DNA of 64,000 nucleotides, taken from contig CAVSGZ010000007.1 in the NCBI GenBank assembly GCA_963727765.1, forward strand, positions 82,826 to 146,825. The letters are read 5' to 3'. Positions within the stretch are counted from its first letter, which is position 1, and each line of letters opens with the position of its first letter. This DNA is from an uncultured Acidobacteriota bacterium. GTDB taxonomy: Bacteria > Acidobacteriota > Vicinamibacteria > Vicinamibacterales > Fen-181. Positions 52,204-61,539 of this stretch are shown in pieces. The notes beneath the pieces are model-generated. The model did not search any database, had not been told where the DNA came from, and was given only the letters and a program-made list of their open reading frames with translations. Made by a program: the position numbers and the translations under genes.

Positions 52204-54297
52204 ATGAGGCGCGTTCTCCTGTTGCTGCCCCTCCTGGTCGCGCTGTCCGGCGAGGAGTACTTCCAGATCACAGTGGTGGACCGGGCGACGGGGCGGGGTG
52301 TCCCGATGGTGGAATTGCAGGCGAATAACGCCGTCTCACGTTACACCGACAGCCAGGGGCACATTGCGTGGAACGAGCCGGGGCTGATGGACCGCCCGGT
52401 CTATTTCGAGGTGCGGAGTCATGGTTACCGGTACGGAGCAGGCGGTCTGCAGCTCACGACCACACGAGGCGGAAAGACGCGGATCGAGATCGACCGCGTG
52501 AACATCGCCGAGCGGCTGTACAGGGTCACGGGGCAGGGGATCTATCGCGACAGCGTTTTGCTGGGACTGCCGGTACCGCTTCGAGAGCCGGTGCTGAATG
52601 CCGAGGTGATGGGACAGGACACGGTGCTGGCAACGCCGTATAAGGGGAGGATTTTCTGGCTCTGGGACGACACGTCGCGGGCGGCATATCCGCTCGGGTC
52701 GCTGGCCGGGTCCGGGGCGACGTCGGAGCCGCCGGGACAGGGCGGCCTGGACCCGGCGGTGGGCGTGGACCTCACGTACTTCATCGACAAGAGCGGGTTC
52801 TCGAAGCCGATGACGCCGTTCGCGGTGCGGGGGATGAAGTGGAAGTCCTGGCTCGCGGTGGTCAAGGACAGAGAGGGGCGGGAGCGGCTGACGACACACT
52901 ACCGGAGCATGATGAGCTTGGCTGAGGTGGCGGAGAGCGGGCTGGCGGTGTTCAACGACGCGACCGAGGTGTTCGAGCCGTACAGCCGGTTCGAGCCGGG
53001 ATTTGGCATGGACGTTCCGGCGCACCCATTTCGCGTCGCATCGGGGAGGGACGAATACCTCTATTTCTCGCAGCCGCTGCCCGTGTGGCGGGCGCACGCC
53101 GTGCTCGAAGAACTGGCGGATGCCGCCATGTATGAAGGGTACACGCCACTCGTCGCCGGCAGTCGGTATGAAAAGACGGCCACCAGCCTCGACCGGGATC
53201 CGCACGGGCGGCTCATGTACGGGTGGAAGCGTGGCACGCCGCCACTCCGGGTCGAGCAGGAAGAGGAACTCGTGCGGCTCGGCCGGATGAAGCCGGAGGA
53301 GCGGCTCTGCCAGTTGCGGGATGTGGTGTCTGACGCGGCGGTCAAGCCGCACGCAGGCGGCGTGGCCTGGAACGCGTGGCGGCGGCGGTGGGTGATGGTT
53401 GTCGAAGAGGACCGCGGACTGGCCGACAACGGCGAGGTCTGGTACGCGGAAGCCGACACGCCGCCGGGCCCGTGGGTCTACGCCAGAAAGGTGGTGACTC
53501 ACGACAAGTACACCTTCTACAACCCGGTGCACCATCCGTTCTTCGACCAGGAGGGCGGACGGCTGATCTACTTCGAAGGCACGGTGTCGAACACGTTGTC
53601 CGGGAGCCTGGTCAAGATCCCCGCCTACGACTACAACCAGATGATGTACCGGCTCGCGCTCGACGATGCGCGGCTCACGCTGCCGGTGGCGGTGTATCGA
53701 CTGAAGGACGGGCGGTATCTGCTTCGGGAGGGAGTCGAGGCCGCCAAGGCATGGGCGGACGTAGAGGGCATCCCTTTCTTTGCACTGGAGCCGGGGCGAT
53801 GCGGCGGCACTGTACCGGCGGCGGGGATCTTCGATGCGCTGCCCGTGGAAATCCCGCCCGACGACTGGCTGAGCGGTCAGTGGACCTGCCACGAAAGCAA
53901 CGGATCGACGTTCGAGATGAGTCTGCAGCGTGAGGGTGAGGCGGTGCGCGGGTATGCGGATCGATGGCCGGTCCAGAACGGACGCGCGCGGGGAGGGAGG
54001 CTGGAGTTCGATGTGAACTTCGATGGGACGTCGCTGCGCGTCGATGCGACGGTCAACAGCAGCAGGCTGGAGGGTGCGTATCAGGGCGCTGGTGAGGTCG
54101 GCACATTCAAATGCCAGGCGGACGTCAAGCCGACATGGTTGCGGTCGCCTGCTCTGGTGCCGCTCTACGTTCAACGGACGCCGAATGGTGGCGTCGAATA
54201 CACCATCCAGGCGCCGCCGGGCGCAACACCAGTGGGACGCGTTTGGCGGAACCCGGTGCGGGCGGACGTCCTCGACAGGAACGCGAAAGCGCGGTGA
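52204..54297 (+). CDS. secreted 697-aa protein of unknown function
   Basis: AGGAGGGG RBS. Signal peptide MRRVLLLLPLLVALSG. An N-terminal Ig/CarboxypepD_reg-like segment (YFQITVVDRATGRGVPMVEL...), then a large globular region (...GEVWYAEADTPPGPWVYARKVVTHDKYTFYNPVHHPFF...IYFEGTVSNT). Unrecognised family. Confidence 0.7.
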   Translation: MRRVLLLLPLLVALSGEEYFQITVVDRATGRGVPMVELQANNAVSRYTDSQGHIAWNEPGLMDRPVYFEVRSHGYRYGAGGLQLTTTRGGKTRIEIDRVNIAERLYRVTGQGIYRDSVLLGLPVPLREPVLNAEVMGQDTVLATPYKGRIFWLWDDTSRAAYPLGSLAGSGATSEPPGQGGLDPAVGVDLTYFIDKSGFSKPMTPFAVRGMKWKSWLAVVKDREGRERLTTHYRSMMSLAEVAESGLAVFNDATEVFEPYSRFEPGFGMDVPAHPFRVASGRDEYLYFSQPLPVWRAHAVLEELADAAMYEGYTPLVAGSRYEKTATSLDRDPHGRLMYGWKRGTPPLRVEQEEELVRLGRMKPEERLCQLRDVVSDAAVKPHAGGVAWNAWRRRWVMVVEEDRGLADNGEVWYAEADTPPGPWVYARKVVTHDKYTFYNPVHHPFFDQEGGRLIYFEGTVSNTLSGSLVKIPAYDYNQMMYRLALDDARLTLPVAVYRLKDGRYLLREGVEAAKAWADVEGIPFFALEPGRCGGTVPAAGIFDALPVEIPPDDWLSGQWTCHESNGSTFEMSLQREGEAVRGYADRWPVQNGRARGGRLEFDVNFDGTSLRVDATVNSSRLEGAYQGAGEVGTFKCQADVKPTWLRSPALVPLYVQRTPNGGVEYTIQAPPGATPVGRVWRNPVRADVLDRNAKAR

Positions 54298-54375
54298 GCT
54301 GATGCTCGGCGAAGCGGGATGACCCGCTGGCCTGCCAGCCGTCGCTGGGCGAAGCCCTGTTGGCGCAGTTCCCCG

Positions 54376-54402
54376 GCTCGCACCATTTCGGATGGTGCGA
54401 GC
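54376..54402. terminator. perfect 11-bp hairpin between the convergent 52204 gene and tRNA-Leu
   Basis: GCTCGCACCAT-TTCGG-ATGGTGCGAGC. A second stem, GCACTTAGCC-N17-GGCTAAGTGC, follows at 54406-54442. Confidence 0.4.
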
Positions 54403-54455
54403 ATGCGCACTTAGCCTTCGTTGGGGAACACTCGGCTAAGTGCGAAGGGGAACCT

Positions 54456-54544
54456 TGGTGCCGGAGGAGGGAATTGAACCCACACTCCCCGTGAAGGGAA
54501 CGGGATTTTGAGTCCCGCGCGTCTGCCAGTTTCGCCACTCCGGC
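54456..54544 (-). tRNA. tRNA-Leu (anticodon CAA), CCA encoded
   Basis: GCCGGAG-TG-GCG-AAACTGGCAGA-CGC-G-CGGGA-CTCAAAA-TCCCG, then a long variable arm TTCCCTTCACGGGGAGT, then GTGGG-TTCAATT-CCCTC-CTCCGGC-A-CCA. 89 nt. There is one U:U mismatch in the T-stem. Confidence 0.85.
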
Positions 54545-54781
54545 ACTCGGAGAGGACCCTCAGTATAACCCGGGCCGGCCCAGCCACGAGTCAGCCACAA
54601 TTAGTGGTAGTCGCAAGCTCAGCAGCCACAAGTGCTGGCCCGCTCGAGGGGCATGCCAGCTCCGACCCTAAGTTGATGCGGACAAAGGAGAAACCCTGGC
54701 GACGAGCGTCGGCTCACCGCCCCCAGGCGCCAGTTCTACAGCGAAACAAAGGCAAAACTGATGCGCTTGTGGCCATTTTTC

Positions 54782-54810
54782 TTGAGAATTGTCTCGAGCT
54801 TCTGTATACT
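54782..54810 (+). promoter_or_regulatory. sigma70-type promoter candidate for carD
   Basis: TTGAGA-17 nt-TATACT. The -10 element ends 56 nt before the GTG start at 54867. Confidence 0.45.
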
Positions 54811-54866
54811 AATTTCCGGTTAGATCCAGAGCCTCCAGACAATTCCCTTCCTAGAACGGGGGACAC

Positions 54867-55448
54867 GTGACATTCCAGATCGGTGACAAGGTCATCTACC
54901 CGAATCACGGTCTCGGCGTCATCGAGCGCATCGAAGAGAAAACCATCCTCGGCACTACTTGCGGGTTCTACTCGCTCCGTATTGCATCGAACGAGACGAT
55001 GGTGCTCGTGCCGGTCGGGAACGCGGACAGCGTCGGGCTGCGTCGGGCCATTGTCGGCACGGAAGTCGACCGTCTCTTCCGCATCCTCGGTGACGGCAAG
55101 ATCGACAGCCAGCAGAACTGGAAAGGCCGCTTCAAGGACAACTCCGAGAAGATGCGCACCGGTTCGATCTACGACGTGGCCGATGTGCTGAAGAGCCTCA
55201 CGCTGCTCAGCAAGTCGAAGAACCTGTCGTTCCGCGAGAAGCGGATGCTCGACCGCGCCCGGTTCCTGGTGGTCTCCGAGATCACAGAGGTCCTGCACGA
55301 GGTCCAGGGGACTGTCGAGGCGCGCGTCGACCGCGCGCTCGATCGGTCGCTGTCGACCAAGACGCGCGTGGCCGTGAAGGCGAAGACCGCCAAGGTGCTG
55401 CCAATCGTCGCCCCGGCCGTCGCCCGCCGCGCCGTGCGTGCGTCGTAG
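54867..55448 (+). CDS. carD: CarD/CdnL-family RNA-polymerase-binding transcription regulator
   Basis: GTG start. MTFQIGDKVIYPNHGLGVIERIEEKTILG...MVLVPV...NWKGRFKDNSEKMRTGSIYDVADVLKSL matches CarD_CdnL_TRCF. Confidence 0.85.
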   Translation: MTFQIGDKVIYPNHGLGVIERIEEKTILGTTCGFYSLRIASNETMVLVPVGNADSVGLRRAIVGTEVDRLFRILGDGKIDSQQNWKGRFKDNSEKMRTGSIYDVADVLKSLTLLSKSKNLSFREKRMLDRARFLVVSEITEVLHEVQGTVEARVDRALDRSLSTKTRVAVKAKTAKVLPIVAPAVARRAVRAS

Positions 55449-55565
55449 CGCGGCGCAACCGCTCGGCGGGCCGCTCTTCGGCTGAAGATGACGGGCCTCG
55501 CGCCAAAAGCGTGAGGCTCGCGGACGGAAACCCAAGGCCTGGATCGCAGTCGGTCCGGGCCTTTC

Positions 55566-56381
55566 GTGTATCATGCCTCGATGATGCCGCCCGCCGGTGA
55601 CAGTCCGCAGGTGGCTTGCCCGGCGCCACCGCCACCGCGCCTGAAAGGAGCGGCGTGGCTGGTCGCCGCCGTCCGCTCGCTTGCAACCTACATCGCCATC
55701 TCGCTCTACGTCGTCCTGGTTGGCCCTCCCGGCGTGTGCTTCGCCTGGCTGTTCGACCAGCCGGGGCTCCTCTATGTGCTCTCGCACGGCGGCATTGCGC
55801 TTGGCCTCGCACTCTCTGGCATCTCGTACCGGCTGACCGGCGTCGAGCGGATTCCGCGCGGCCGCACGGCGGTCTACTGCGCCAACCACGCGAGCAACAT
55901 CGACGCCCCGCTGCTATTCCACCTCCTGCACCCGCGCCTCCACATGCTCTACAAGATGGAGTTCGGGAGAATGCCGATCCTCGGTCGCGCGGCGCCGCTG
56001 GCCGGCTTCATCCCGGTGGAGCGTCGGAACCACGACCAGTCGCAGCACGCCGTGGACCAGGCGGCGGCATCGGTCGCCTGCGGCCACTCGTTCCTCGTGT
56101 TCCCCGAGGGGACGCGAAGCCGGACGGGAGAGCTCTTGCCCTTCAAGAAGGGCGGCTTCATCATGGCGATCAAGGCCCAGGTGCCGATCGTGCCCGTGGC
56201 GATCCTCGGCGGCCGTGCCGCGATGTACAAGGGCAGCCGCCTGATCCACCCCGTGCGCGTCGACGTGCGCGTGGGTGTGCCGATTGAAACGGCCGGGATG
56301 ACGCTCGACGACCGCGACCGCCTGATCGCCAGGGCCCGCTGTCAGATCGAAGAGATGATCGCGACGGCGGCCGGAGGGTAG
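55566..56381 (+). CDS. plsC: 1-acyl-sn-glycerol-3-phosphate acyltransferase family protein
   Basis: HX4D motif NHASNIDA and FPEGTRS motif. Start is GTG 55566 or ATG 55581. Confidence 0.8.
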   Translation: MYHASMMPPAGDSPQVACPAPPPPRLKGAAWLVAAVRSLATYIAISLYVVLVGPPGVCFAWLFDQPGLLYVLSHGGIALGLALSGISYRLTGVERIPRGRTAVYCANHASNIDAPLLFHLLHPRLHMLYKMEFGRMPILGRAAPLAGFIPVERRNHDQSQHAVDQAAASVACGHSFLVFPEGTRSRTGELLPFKKGGFIMAIKAQVPIVPVAILGGRAAMYKGSRLIHPVRVDVRVGVPIETAGMTLDDRDRLIARARCQIEEMIATAAGG

Positions 56382-56411
56382 CGCCTGCTCCGCCTGGTTT
56401 CGAGGGTAGCT

Positions 56412-58529
56412 ATGTCGCCATCACCCGCGTCGCGCTCGCTCACCGCCATCACCGCCCGCTGCCTGGCAGCCACGCTCGTGGCCGCGCTCGGAGCCCTGGC
56501 GCTCGTGCAGGGGCAGCAGTCTCCGCCGGGCCAGCGGGGCCAGGGACGGCCGCCGGCCGCGCAGGAGCAGCCGCCGACGTTTCGCAGCGAGGTCAACTTC
56601 GTCCGCGTCGACGTCTACCCGACCGCCGACGGCAAGCCGGTGACCGACCTCGAGCAGCAGGATTTCGAGCTGTTCGAGGACAACGTCCCCCAGGAAGTCC
56701 GGACCTTCGAGCACATCGTGGTGCGGGCGCCGACGGCCGAGGAGGCGGCAGCGCGGCCCGAGCCGAACACGGTGGAGCAGTCGCGCCAGATGGCCGCCGA
56801 GTCCAAGGCGCGCCTGTTTGTCCTCTACCTCGACACCTACCACATCTCGCGGGGCGGCGCGATGTCGGTTCGCGACGCGCTCGTCCGCTTCCTCCGCAGG
56901 GCGCTCGGCCCCGACGACCTGATTGCCGTGACGACGCCGGAGATGCCGGCTTCCTCCGTCACGTTCGCGCGGCGCACCGGGAGCATCGAGGGCCTGGTCG
57001 ACCAGTTCTACCGTTGGAGCCGCCGCGATTCGATCACCGACTACGATCCGATCGAAGAGCAGTACATGCAGTGCTACCCGCCCGGCGCCAACGACCACAG
57101 CAGCGTATCCGCGATCGCCCGCGAGATGATCGAGCGGCGCCGGGAGCGGATCACCCTCGAGTCGCTCGGCGAACTGGTCGCGCACCTCGGCGCCATCCGC
57201 GAGGAGCGGAAGGCGGTGCTGGCGGTCAGCGAGGGCTGGGTGCTCTACCGGCAGAACTGGGCGCTGACCCAGACGACAGCCGGGCAGGCGAACCTCGGCA
57301 GCCAGTTCCAGTCGCGCTGTGACGGCGATCGGCAGGAACTCTCGATGGAAGACCACGAGCGCGACTTCCGGAATCTGATCGACGACGCCAACCGCGCGAA
57401 CGTGAGCTTCTACCCCCTCGACCCGCGCGGGCTGGTCGTGTTCGATCAGCCGCTGTCGGTCGGGCAACTCGACGTCATCACCGATTCGGCCAACCTCCGC
57501 TCGCGGCTCGACTCGCTGCAGACGCTCGCCGGCGCCACCGACGGCATCGCCATCGTCAACAGCAACGACATCGACCGGGGTCTGCGGCGCGTGGTCGACG
57601 ACCTGACCTCCTACTACCTGCTCGGCTACTACTCGACCAACACGAAGTTCGACGGACGGTTCCGCGCGATCAAGGTACGCGTGAAGCGGCCGGGCGTCGA
57701 CCTGAGATACAGGCGCGGGTACCGCGCGGCGACCAAGGAGGAAGTGGCCAGCCGCGCGGCCGGCGCCCCGACGCCGGGAGCCGCGCCCTCGCCCATGGCC
57801 ACCGCGATCTCCAGTCTGTCCAAGATCCGCGCCGACGCCGTCGTCCACGCGCAGGGGGGCTACACGTGGCAGGCGGCGCCAGGCGGCGCCCTGCGTCCGG
57901 TGATCTGGATCGTCGGCGAGTGGGACCCGGCGCTGGCGACGCGCGAGGAGCAGTGGAAGCCGGGTGCCGACGTCACTATCGTCGTGAACGCGCCGGACAG
58001 GACCGCGCTCGAGACGGTCCAAGAGACGCTGACGCACGACGTGCGGGCGTTCGACGTGCGGGTTCCGGTGCCGGCAGGACAGACGGCGGGGGATTACAGC
58101 GTCCGGATTACGACCAAACCCGCGGGGACGGTGCTCGGTTCCACCGAGATGTTGCACATCGTTGTTCCCAAGTGGCCTGCGGCCGGGACGTCGGCGGTCG
58201 GTCAGCCGGCGTTGTTCCGGCGAGGGCCGTTCACCGGCCCGGCGTGGGTGGCGGCGGGGGATATCAGGTTCCGCAGGCAGGAGCGGATCAGGGTGGAGGT
58301 GAGCGCCACCGGGCCGATGACGGGCAGCAGCGTCCGCCTGCTCGACCGCGCCGGGCACCCGCTGGCGATCCCCGTCACCTCTGCCGAACGCGACGACGGC
58401 GGCGCCCGCGTGGTGTCGGGCGAAGCCGTGCTCGCGCCGCTCAGCGCCGGCGATTATGTGCTCGAGATCACCATCAGGCAGGGTGAGACGACGCAGCAGG
58501 TGCTGGCGGCGTTTCGGATCATCCCGTAG
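56412..58529 (+). CDS. VWFA-related Acidobacterial-domain (TIGR03436-like) secreted protein
   Basis: Signal peptide. TFRSEVNFVRVDVYPTADGKPVTDLEQQDFELFEDNVPQEVRTFE is the characteristic N-terminal module, followed by a VWA-like region (LFVLYLDTYH...). 705 aa. Confidence 0.8.
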   Translation: MSPSPASRSLTAITARCLAATLVAALGALALVQGQQSPPGQRGQGRPPAAQEQPPTFRSEVNFVRVDVYPTADGKPVTDLEQQDFELFEDNVPQEVRTFEHIVVRAPTAEEAAARPEPNTVEQSRQMAAESKARLFVLYLDTYHISRGGAMSVRDALVRFLRRALGPDDLIAVTTPEMPASSVTFARRTGSIEGLVDQFYRWSRRDSITDYDPIEEQYMQCYPPGANDHSSVSAIAREMIERRRERITLESLGELVAHLGAIREERKAVLAVSEGWVLYRQNWALTQTTAGQANLGSQFQSRCDGDRQELSMEDHERDFRNLIDDANRANVSFYPLDPRGLVVFDQPLSVGQLDVITDSANLRSRLDSLQTLAGATDGIAIVNSNDIDRGLRRVVDDLTSYYLLGYYSTNTKFDGRFRAIKVRVKRPGVDLRYRRGYRAATKEEVASRAAGAPTPGAAPSPMATAISSLSKIRADAVVHAQGGYTWQAAPGGALRPVIWIVGEWDPALATREEQWKPGADVTIVVNAPDRTALETVQETLTHDVRAFDVRVPVPAGQTAGDYSVRITTKPAGTVLGSTEMLHIVVPKWPAAGTSAVGQPALFRRGPFTGPAWVAAGDIRFRRQERIRVEVSATGPMTGSSVRLLDRAGHPLAIPVTSAERDDGGARVVSGEAVLAPLSAGDYVLEITIRQGETTQQVLAAFRIIP

Positions 58530-58563
58530 GCGGGCGGCGGAAGGCGGGAGGCGGAGACAACGA

Positions 58564-58593
58564 GGGCCGGCGAGGAGTACTCCCCGCCGGCCC
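58564..58593. terminator. strong GC hairpin between convergent genes
   Basis: GGGCCGGCGaGGA-GTAC-TCCcCGCCGGCCC, 35 nt after the stop at 58529. Confidence 0.5.
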
Positions 58594-58690
58594 CTTGAGC
58601 CTTGAGCCTCTTGGCTTGAGCCCTGCCCGCCTTCGCGCGAAGCGCTTCGGCGGGTCCGCCATAGCCTTGGCGGAGGCGGAAGCCCTGAGC
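58594..58690. repeat. intergenic GC-rich element with short tandem CCTTGAG units and nested palindromes
   Basis: CTTGAGCCTTGAGCCTCTTGGCTTGAGCC, then CCCGCC-TTCGCGCGAAGCGCTTC-GGCGGG (contains the palindromes CTTCGCGCGAAG and GAAGCGCTTC), then CCGCCA-tagcct-TGGCGG. Confidence 0.55.
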
Positions 58691-60793
58691 CTACATTACC
58701 GCCACCGGCGGCGCGGGTTCGTCGGCGGCGCCCGCCTTCCGCAACGGCACCGCGACCAGGTACCACACCAGGAACGCCAGCACCGGGATGGCCATCCATG
58801 GGGCGTAGGTGTCGAACCCCGAGACGGACCAGAACTGGTGTCCGGAGCGGAAGCCGACCACGGCCGCGATGAACAGGCCGATGAGCGCTTCACCGGCAAT
58901 CAGCCCCGACGCGGCCAGCACTCCTGCGTTCTCGACTCGCGCCTTCTGGGCCGCGTTGTATCCGCGCTTGTCTCGGAACTTGTCCACCATGCCGCGCACC
59001 ATGCCGCCGACGAAGATGGCCGCCGTCGTCTCGAGCGGCAGATACATGCCGACCGAAAAGAGCATGGGGCTCCTGACCTTGATCAGGATGAACGAGATCC
59101 CCATCACGATCCCGACCAGGACGAGCGGCCACGCCATTTCTCCGCCGACGATGCCGTTGGAGAGGGCCGCCATCAGCCCGGCCTGCGGCGCCGGGTAGGT
59201 TTTGCCGCCGAAGCCGCCGAGCAGCGGGCCGAACTGCGCCACGTCGGAGGTGTGCATCAGGTAGAGCGGGAAGAACATCACCGCGCCGGCGCAGATGACG
59301 CCCATGACGTCGCCCACCTGCATCTTCCACGGCGTGCCGCCCAGGATGTGGCCGACCTTGAGATCCTGCAGCATCTCGCCTGCCACGGCCGACGAGACGC
59401 AGCCGATGGCCGCGACCGCCAGCACCGCGAGCACGCCCTCTTCCCCCTTCGCGCCGACGATGACCATCGTCAGGGCGGCGACGACGACGGTGGCCAGCGT
59501 CAGGCCCGACAGCGGGTTGTTCGACGACCCGATCATCCCGACGAGGTTGCCGGAGACCGCGGCGAAGAAGAACCCGGTGATGAACATGACGATCGCTGCG
59601 ACGCACGCCGCCAGCAGCGACTGCGTGAAGTAGAAGTACAGCGTCACCATCAGGGCCACGATGACCGCGACGACGAGGCCGACGATGCGCAGCGACAGGT
59701 CCTGCTGCGTCCGCCGCGTCGCCGCCTGGACCGCCGCCGTCTTCTTCACGTCCGCGATGCCGCGCTTGACGCCGAGGATCAGGTTCTTCCTCATCTTGAA
59801 GAGCGTGTAGCAGGCCCCGACGAGCATGCCGCCCACGGCGATCGGCCGCACGATGAACCGGTACAGATGCGCGACGATGCCCGCCCACGCCGCGGCTTCG
59901 TTGCCGTTGTTCAGCGCCATGTACTGATCGATGAGCGTGGGTCCCACGAAGTAGACGAGCAGCGGAACGAACAGCCCCCACGCCAGAAGTCCGCCGGCGA
60001 AGTTCAGTGCGCCCAGCTCGGGCCCGATGATGTAGCCGACGCCCAGGTAGGCGGGCGTGACGGCCGGGGCCGAGAAACTGGTGATGCCGCCGGTGGGCAC
60101 CTTGACGGACCCGCCGGTGAGGCCCAACCTGACGAAGCTCTGCTTGAGCGTGCCGACGCGGACCGTGAAGTCGTTCGACGAGCGGAAGATCCCAAACCCG
60201 TCCAGCAGCTTGACGACCGCGCCGACGCCCATCGCGCGGAACAGTTGCAGCGCCGCGTCGGCCCCCTTCTGGCCCGCCTTGTGAATCTCGCTGGCGGCCA
60301 CCGATTCGGGGAAGGGAAGCCCCGGGTCCTCGACCATGACGCGCCGGAGGATCGTGACGAACATGATCCCCAGGATCCCGCCGAGAATCATCAGGCAGGA
60401 GGCCAGGATGTACTCCTGGAACATGTGCGCCGAGTCGAACTTCCACAACTTCAGGATGACGAACGCCGGGATGGTGAAGATGGCGCCTGCGGCGACCGAT
60501 TCACCGATCGACCCGACGGTTCGGGCGAAATTCTCTTCGAGCACGCTGCCCTTGAAGAGCCTCAGCACGGCCATCCCGATGACGGCCGCCGGGTAAGTGG
60601 CGGCGATCGTCATGCCGGCCCGGAGGCCGAGGTAGGCGTTGGCCGCGCCGAGCACGACACACATGACGAGACCGAGGACGAGCGCGCGGAACGTGAACTC
60701 GTTCATCGTCGTGTCGTCAGGCACGAGCGGCTGGAACCCGGTCTTCTGCTGCTGGTCGGAAGGTGTCTGGTTCATGAGGGCGCATCTTAGCAT
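58691..60793 (-). CDS. OPT-superfamily oligopeptide transporter
   Basis: 700 aa, many TM helices. ...EFTFRALVLGLVMCVVLGAANAYLGLRAGMTIAATYPAAVIGMAVLR... is typical of bacterial OPT proteins. Alternative start at ATG 60775. Confidence 0.85.
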   Translation of the reverse strand: MLRCALMNQTPSDQQQKTGFQPLVPDDTTMNEFTFRALVLGLVMCVVLGAANAYLGLRAGMTIAATYPAAVIGMAVLRLFKGSVLEENFARTVGSIGESVAAGAIFTIPAFVILKLWKFDSAHMFQEYILASCLMILGGILGIMFVTILRRVMVEDPGLPFPESVAASEIHKAGQKGADAALQLFRAMGVGAVVKLLDGFGIFRSSNDFTVRVGTLKQSFVRLGLTGGSVKVPTGGITSFSAPAVTPAYLGVGYIIGPELGALNFAGGLLAWGLFVPLLVYFVGPTLIDQYMALNNGNEAAAWAGIVAHLYRFIVRPIAVGGMLVGACYTLFKMRKNLILGVKRGIADVKKTAAVQAATRRTQQDLSLRIVGLVVAVIVALMVTLYFYFTQSLLAACVAAIVMFITGFFFAAVSGNLVGMIGSSNNPLSGLTLATVVVAALTMVIVGAKGEEGVLAVLAVAAIGCVSSAVAGEMLQDLKVGHILGGTPWKMQVGDVMGVICAGAVMFFPLYLMHTSDVAQFGPLLGGFGGKTYPAPQAGLMAALSNGIVGGEMAWPLVLVGIVMGISFILIKVRSPMLFSVGMYLPLETTAAIFVGGMVRGMVDKFRDKRGYNAAQKARVENAGVLAASGLIAGEALIGLFIAAVVGFRSGHQFWSVSGFDTYAPWMAIPVLAFLVWYLVAVPLRKAGAADEPAPPVAVM

Positions 60794-60815
60794 GCGGCCG
60801 GACGATTTGGGCCAG

Positions 60816-60845
60816 CGCCTTCTCCTTGACCGCGGGGGAACGGGT
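60816..60845 (+). promoter_or_regulatory. sigma70-type promoter candidate for rex
   Basis: TTGACC-18 nt-TAGAAT, with the -10 element ending 22 nt before GTG 60868. Confidence 0.35.
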
Positions 60846-60867
60846 TCCGTAGAATCACGTCAAACCG

Positions 60868-61539
60868 GTGAAACCGCTTAACAGGAATAGTCCGGGCGCC
60901 GAGCAGGCGTCGGAACTGACGACCAACCGCCTGTCCATCTACCTGCGCTGCCTCGACCATTTGTCGACGGCGGGCGTGCGGACGGTGTCGTCGCACTCGA
61001 TGGCGTCCCAGTTCGGCCTCAACGCCGCGCAGATCCGCAAGGACCTCGCGTGGTTCGGCGAGTTCGGCGTCCGCGGCGTCGGCTATTCGGTCGACGGCCT
61101 CGCGGCCCACCTCCGCCAGATCCTCGGTCTCGGCGACCCGATCCGCGTGGCGGTGGTCGGGGCGGGCAACCTGGGGCAGGCGCTCGCGGACTATCCGGGC
61201 TTTCCGCGCGACGGCTTCGTGCCCGTCGCGCTCTTCGACCGGGCGACCAGCAAGGTCGGCGCGCGGTCGAGAGGCGGCGTCCCGATCTACCACGTCAAGC
61301 GACTTCCGGCGATCGTCCGCAAGGAGGGGATCCGCATCGCGATGATCGCGGTCCCGGCGCCGGCCGTGCAGCAGGTGGCGAACGCCGTGGTCGCCGCCGG
61401 TCTGCGCGCGATCCTCAACTTCACGCCCGGGACGATCACCGTGCCGCACGGCGTCAAGGTGAAGCACGTCGACCTCACGGTCTCGCTCGAAGGGCTCGCC
61501 TATCACCTGGCGAATACCGTTCATGCCAAAACCAACTAA
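60868..61539 (+). CDS. rex: redox-sensing transcriptional repressor Rex
   Basis: RLSIYLRCL...[35 protein letters not shown] (wHTH) followed by the Rossmann motif [14 protein letters not shown]. Confidence 0.85.
   Translation: MKPLNRNSPGAEQASELTTNRLSIYLRCLDHLSTAGVRTVSSHSMASQFGLNAAQIRKDLAWFGEFGVRGVGYSVDGLAAHLRQILGLGDPIRVAVVGAGNLGQALADYPGFPRDGFVPVALFDRATSKVGARSRGGVPIYHVKRLPAIVRKEGIRIAMIAVPAPAVQQVANAVVAAGLRAILNFTPGTITVPHGVKVKHVDLTVSLEGLAYHLANTVHAKTN

Noticed and set aside
54456-54544. tRNA-Leu as a possible integration site for a genomic island
   Set aside because: There is no integrase, transposase or phage gene on either side. I saw no duplicated copy of the tRNA 3' end nearby. The flanking genes (carD, plsC) are core housekeeping genes.
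58595-58625. CCTTGAG short tandem repeat as a separate microsatellite
   Set aside because: There are only two perfect units plus degenerate ones. I treated it as part of the larger intergenic palindromic element rather than as an independent feature.
56421-60790. Long antisense ORFs 56421..58799 (-) and 58595..60790 (+), 792 and 731 aa
   Set aside because: They mirror the VWFA and OPT genes on the opposite strand. They have extreme Arg/Gly/Asp/His composition and cross an obvious terminator and repeat region.
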